Position numbers and translations under genes: made by a program | From: an uncultured virus (IMG/VR IMGVR_UViG_3300044655_001510) | Taxonomy: Duplodnaviria > Heunggongvirae > Uroviricota > Caudoviricetes | Length of the DNA stretch: 20,000 nt | Reading direction: 5' to 3' (one strand) | Virus record (IMG/VR): IMGVR_UViG_3300044655_001510 | Notes under the pieces: model-generated | Told to the model about the DNA's origin: nothing | Database searches by the model: none | What the model saw: only the letters and a program-made list of their open reading frames with translations | Part shown: positions 16,463 through 20,000 of the stretch, in pieces | Layout of the letters: every line of letters begins with the position of its first letter | Position numbering within the stretch: the stretch's first letter is position 1

Positions 16463-16669
16463 ATGAACCATAACGCAATATTGAAGCAGGCTAGAGCCAA
16501 TGCAAAGGCATTGGGGTTGACATTACTGAAGTTAAAGGGTAAGATAGATGGTATTTCTTGGTATGCGATAGTACCGAGAAGAAGGTCTGGCTTGCCAATG
16601 ATTGGGTTTGAACGCGTATCATTGGGCTGTGCTGCCAGTAAACTACAGGCATTAAGCCAATCGGAGTAA
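16463..16669 (+). CDS. small basic hypothetical protein
   Basis: Promoter TTGACA(16406)-N17-TAGACT; GGAGG RBS. Confidence 0.7.
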   Translation: MNHNAILKQARANAKALGLTLLKLKGKIDGISWYAIVPRRRSGLPMIGFERVSLGCAASKLQALSQSE

Positions 16670-16673
16670 TTAA

Positions 16674-16874
16674 ATGGCAAACTACTTACAAGCAACAACA
16701 GCAACTGGCGTAACCATCATCGACTCAACAGATCTTCCTGAAGGCGCAGACATCCTGTATCCACATGACTTCATGGATGATTTGAGATCCCTAAAAGATG
16801 GGGAAGTCATCTTCACTTATGTGTATCCAGACGAGCAAGAGTGGATTGATAGGGATTTTGGTATACAGAGTTGA
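16674..16874 (+). CDS. small acidic hypothetical protein
   Basis: GGAG RBS; 66 aa. Confidence 0.7.
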   Translation: MANYLQATTATGVTIIDSTDLPEGADILYPHDFMDDLRSLKDGEVIFTYVYPDEQEWIDRDFGIQS

Positions 16875-16930
16875 CAAGTAACCAGTAACTTGGTAGACTA
16901 ATGCCAACTTAAACCCAAGAGGATACTACG

Positions 16931-17122
16931 ATGATAGATTCATATATTGAGAAAGTTAAACAAATCCCAGAGGCTTATGAGCAGTATTCTGTACTGTACG
17001 AGCAGTATGAGGGAGAATCCAATCTGGATTTTATTGAGAGATGTGCTGTCATGGACTTTGATGATGGTGCATATCAAGGCAGTGTTTACCAAGAACTGTA
17101 TGATGAGTTGGTGGGTTGTTGA
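16931..17122 (+). CDS. small acidic hypothetical protein
   Basis: Promoter TTGACA(16871)-N17-TAGACT; GAGGA RBS. Confidence 0.7.
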   Translation: MIDSYIEKVKQIPEAYEQYSVLYEQYEGESNLDFIERCAVMDFDDGAYQGSVYQELYDELVGC

Positions 17123-17182
17123 CAACTCAGCTAACTACTGGTAGGCTATAAGCCGAAACATAAACATACAGGAGCAAACAAA

Positions 17183-17356
17183 ATGAACGAACCGACATTT
17201 ATACTAGGCACAAAACCGCGTAATGATTCGATCAAACTGGACTTGGACGAGCTGCAAGCTATGCCAGAGGAGGAGGCAATTGCAATCATTGCAGACTATA
17301 AGCGACGTGGTTATTGGTTTTCTTTATCCAATGACTCGATAATCGCATCACACTAA
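17183..17356 (+). CDS. 57-aa hypothetical protein
   Basis: Manually translated MNEPTFILGTKPRNDSIKLDLDELQAMPEEE...; promoter at 17119, AGGAG RBS. Confidence 0.7.
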   Translation: MNEPTFILGTKPRNDSIKLDLDELQAMPEEEAIAIIADYKRRGYWFSLSNDSIIASH

Positions 17357-17429
17357 AAGATAATTTGACAAGGTGGGTATTTTCGAGTAGGATGTACCCA
17401 CATTAACAAAGCACTACAGGAAAACAACA

Positions 17430-17660
17430 ATGCTAAGAGATAGACAAGCCGCAAATCGCATTATAACCTTACTAGAGTTACCTGCAACTGATATTGGTAG
17501 CCTTACTGATTTATTAACAGACATTATCCATTACTGCAATATAGAGGGTGAGGATTTCAATGAGTTACTAAAAGATGCTCAAGATTATGCAAAGCAAGAG
17601 ATAGCAATGGATGAAGTGGAGTTGGACGAGATTGCAGAATCAGAATGGAATAGAATCTAA
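17430..17660 (+). CDS. hypothetical phage protein (DLL.DII.YC family)
   Basis: Own promoter cassette; homologous to C-terminal half of 18916-19173. Confidence 0.75.
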   Translation: MLRDRQAANRIITLLELPATDIGSLTDLLTDIIHYCNIEGEDFNELLKDAQDYAKQEIAMDEVELDEIAESEWNRI

Positions 17661-17803
17661 AAAACAGTTGACAACTGGGTAAAGATCTACTAAACTATAC
17701 CCACCTTGAAACAAGGCAACCCACTAAAAGATAATGATTGACAAGGTGGTAATTATCTTTTAGAATATACCCACCTTAACAAAGCACTACAGGAAACAAG
17801 ACA

Positions 17804-18511
17804 ATGACTTTCAAATTATTAAGCACTAGCAATACTAAAACCATGAAAGGTGAAAAGGTAGGATATATGACTTACATTCTTCACTTAGCACCATATACCC
17901 TAGGTGGTATTAACGTATGTCCTAAAGCCACTGCTGGATGTATTGCAGGGTGTTTAAACACTGCTGGACGTGGTGGTATGTTCAAAGCAGGTGAAACCAC
18001 TAACACTGTACAAAAAGCGCGTGTGCGTAGAACGCAGTTATTTGCAACAAACAGAGAGGTTTTCATGGAAACCTTAATCACTGATATTACCAAGGCAATC
18101 AAACAAGCAGAGCGTAAAGGTATGATACCAGTGTTTCGTTTGAATGGCACTAGTGATCTTAGCTGGGAGAAGTATTACTGGGGTGGTAAAAACATCTTTG
18201 AACACTTCCCAATGGTACAGTTTTATGATTACACTAAGGTGTTAGGACGTAAAGTGCAACATATCCCTAACTATCACTTAACTTTTAGCAGAGCAGAGAG
18301 TAATAATGTGGATATATCACACGCATTTTTGCAAGGTATGAATGTTGCGTATGTATTCGACAAAACGCCTACCGAATGGCAAGGTGTGCCAGTACATGAC
18401 GGTGACGTGGATGATCTAAGATTCTTAGACCCTAAAGGCGTTATCGTAGGATTGAAAGCAAAAGGACGTGCTAAAAAAGACACTAGCGGATTCGTTATTC
18501 GCACAAAATAA
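17804..18511 (+). CDS. Gp88-family phage protein (radical-SAM-like Cys triad)
   Basis: LAP..VCP.A..GC..GCL..AGRG, FRLNGTSD..WE, QFYDYTK, YHLTFS, DGD..DLRFLD..VGLKAKG. Confidence 0.8.
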   Translation: MTFKLLSTSNTKTMKGEKVGYMTYILHLAPYTLGGINVCPKATAGCIAGCLNTAGRGGMFKAGETTNTVQKARVRRTQLFATNREVFMETLITDITKAIKQAERKGMIPVFRLNGTSDLSWEKYYWGGKNIFEHFPMVQFYDYTKVLGRKVQHIPNYHLTFSRAESNNVDISHAFLQGMNVAYVFDKTPTEWQGVPVHDGDVDDLRFLDPKGVIVGLKAKGRAKKDTSGFVIRTK

Positions 18512-18576
18512 AGATTGACATGGTGGGTATTTTCTTTTAGAATGTACCCACCTTAACAGAACTACGGAGAATATCC

Positions 18577-18840
18577 ATGTACACCATGACAGAAACCACC
18601 TTTGCTGATTTATTACCTTACTTGGAATTGTTTGACGAGGAGGACAATGGATTCTTCCAATACGAACCAGCACGTCATATCCAACTCTATGTAAAAGAGT
18701 TTGGTGATGTGGTAGAAGTAGGAACAGTAGAAGTCTTAGGTGATAGCGTGACATTCAGAAACATTGGTGGTGGTAAATGCGGTACTGCCAAAGTCAATAG
18801 TATTGAATGCGCTGTAATGAAACAAAACAGACTAATCTAA
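18577..18840 (+). CDS. hypothetical protein (paralog of 19555-19815)
   Basis: MYTMTETTFADLLPYL..YVKE.G.VVEV..VEV.GD.V.F..IECAV.KQ. Confidence 0.8.
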   Translation: MYTMTETTFADLLPYLELFDEEDNGFFQYEPARHIQLYVKEFGDVVEVGTVEVLGDSVTFRNIGGGKCGTAKVNSIECAVMKQNRLI

Positions 18841-18915
18841 AAACAAATAGTTGACAATGGGTACATTCGCCTTTATAATGTACCCACCTTAACAAAGCAC
18901 TACGGAGTAAACAAT

Positions 18916-19173
18916 ATGAACAATTCGATTAAACTTGTGTTAGCAGAACTACAGGAAATGCCAGAAGGAGAAGAAGTATTTAAAAAGTTTTCTTTTTACA
19001 CTGGTGTTGAAAAGATTGCGGCAATATTAAAATTAGAAGATTATGGTTATGAAACAACCGTAGCAGATTTGTTAGTAGATATTATTCGTTACTGTGATTG
19101 TCATAATATCAACTTTAAAGAAGAAGTCGCTGATGCACTAGAAGATGCTGAGGCAGAACTAACACACGGGTAA
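18916..19173 (+). CDS. hypothetical protein, apparent chimera
   Basis: Own promoter cassette; halves match 17183 and 17430 products. Confidence 0.75.
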   Translation: MNNSIKLVLAELQEMPEGEEVFKKFSFYTGVEKIAAILKLEDYGYETTVADLLVDIIRYCDCHNINFKEEVADALEDAEAELTHG

Positions 19174-19244
19174 AAAAAGTTGACACTGGGTGCATTTTAA
19201 ACTATAATGTACCCACTTTAACAAAGCACTACGGAGTAAAGCCA

Positions 19245-19481
19245 ATGAGTAGTTTATACTGGAACGGCATTCAAAAACGGTCAGACCTTTATAGCATGGT
19301 ACAGTCATACAGACGTGACATTAAAGCTATGTTTGACATCTATGACACTGATTACTTAAAGTCACTGACAGAGAGTGAAGTCATTGCTAGGGACGAGATA
19401 GTAGCAGATATAACTGCCTTAATCGCAAAGATTGAAACCTTACGCGCGACATATCCTAAATTAGAACACGATTTAACCTAA
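19245..19481 (+). CDS. hypothetical protein
   Basis: Own promoter cassette with GGAG RBS. Confidence 0.75.
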   Translation: MSSLYWNGIQKRSDLYSMVQSYRRDIKAMFDIYDTDYLKSLTESEVIARDEIVADITALIAKIETLRATYPKLEHDLT

Positions 19482-19554
19482 AAACAAATAGTTGACATTG
19501 AGTACATTCGCCTTTATAATATACCCACCTTAACAAGCACTACGGAGAATATCC

Positions 19555-19815
19555 ATGTACACAATGACAAAAACCACCTTAGCTGAAATCATGCCATACT
19601 TGGTAGAATACTCGGATTATGCGGATTCAATCGATTACGAAGTTGCTAAAGACTATCAAATATATGTTAAAGATTGTGGCGAAGTGGTCGAGGTTGCTTT
19701 AGTTGAAGTAGCTGGTGACACTGTACTATTCAAAGGCACTGATGGCGAGTTTGGTGAAGAAATTTCAGCAGATGAAATAGAATGTGCGGTAATAAAACAA
19801 ACCAGAATAATCTAA
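19555..19815 (+). CDS. hypothetical protein (paralog of 18577-18840)
   Basis: Same leader (GGAGAATATCCATG) and similar protein. Confidence 0.8.
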   Translation: MYTMTKTTLAEIMPYLVEYSDYADSIDYEVAKDYQIYVKDCGEVVEVALVEVAGDTVLFKGTDGEFGEEISADEIECAVIKQTRII

Positions 19816-19890
19816 AAACAAATAGTTGACATTGGGTACATTCGCCTTTATAATGTACCCACCTTAACAAAGCACTACGGAGTAAAAGAT

Positions 19891-20000
19891 ATGAACATTG
19901 AAATCGCACCAAAAGAAACAGAGATTCAAGCCAACTGGTATGATGCCAGCCAATACTGCTTTTCGCTTAATATCAACGAGAAAACAGGATGGCGTTTACC
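19891..20000 (+). CDS. DUF1566/Lcl-like paralog, 5' part
   Basis: MNIEIAPKETEIQANWYDASQYCFSLNINEKTGWRL, closest to the 7275 copy. Confidence 0.85.
   Translation, partial: MNIEIAPKETEIQANWYDASQYCFSLNINEKTGWRL

Larger units (their letters stand above)
17365..19882 (+). repeat. family of eight homologous promoter-leader cassettes (17365, 17668, 17738, 18515, 18851, 19180, 19492, 19826)
   Basis: Consensus TTGACA..GGGTA..TA(T/G)AAT(G/A)TACCCACCTTAACAAAGCACTAC(A/G)G; 17-bp spacers. Confidence 0.9.

Noticed and set aside
621..19912. Other minus-strand and alternative-frame ORFs in the track
   Set aside because: They shadow better-supported + strand genes that have RBS, promoters or family motifs.

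Overview
AT-rich segment of a large lytic, T4-superfamily-like phage genome. The host is probably a proteobacterium, judging by sigma70 promoters and IHF boxes. All genes are on the + strand except one tnpB. Main contents: (i) about 14 copies or fragments of a 67-101 aa mini C-type-lectin-like (DUF1566/Lcl-like) family (IEIAP..EA.LYCF.L..GWRLP..W..PVRD), mostly in translationally coupled runs; (ii) a tnpA-less IS200/IS605-type tnpB element (2224-3646) whose removal restores a host ORF in frame; (iii) three late-promoter genes with capsid-targeting-like N-termini; (iv) two paralogous AraC-HTH proteins; (v) a 593-aa protein with Pol A/T7-RNAP catalytic motifs; (vi) an array of one-promoter-one-gene cassettes that includes a Gp88-family gene. 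Three dispersed motif families overlay this: an asymmetric 12-mer CTAAAAGATAAT (18 exact copies found by eye), a 22-bp covarying GCTCG-hairpin-CTCGC repeat (10 copies) and ACCCGCTG (7 copies, one strand). Family names come from motif recognition only; no database search was run.
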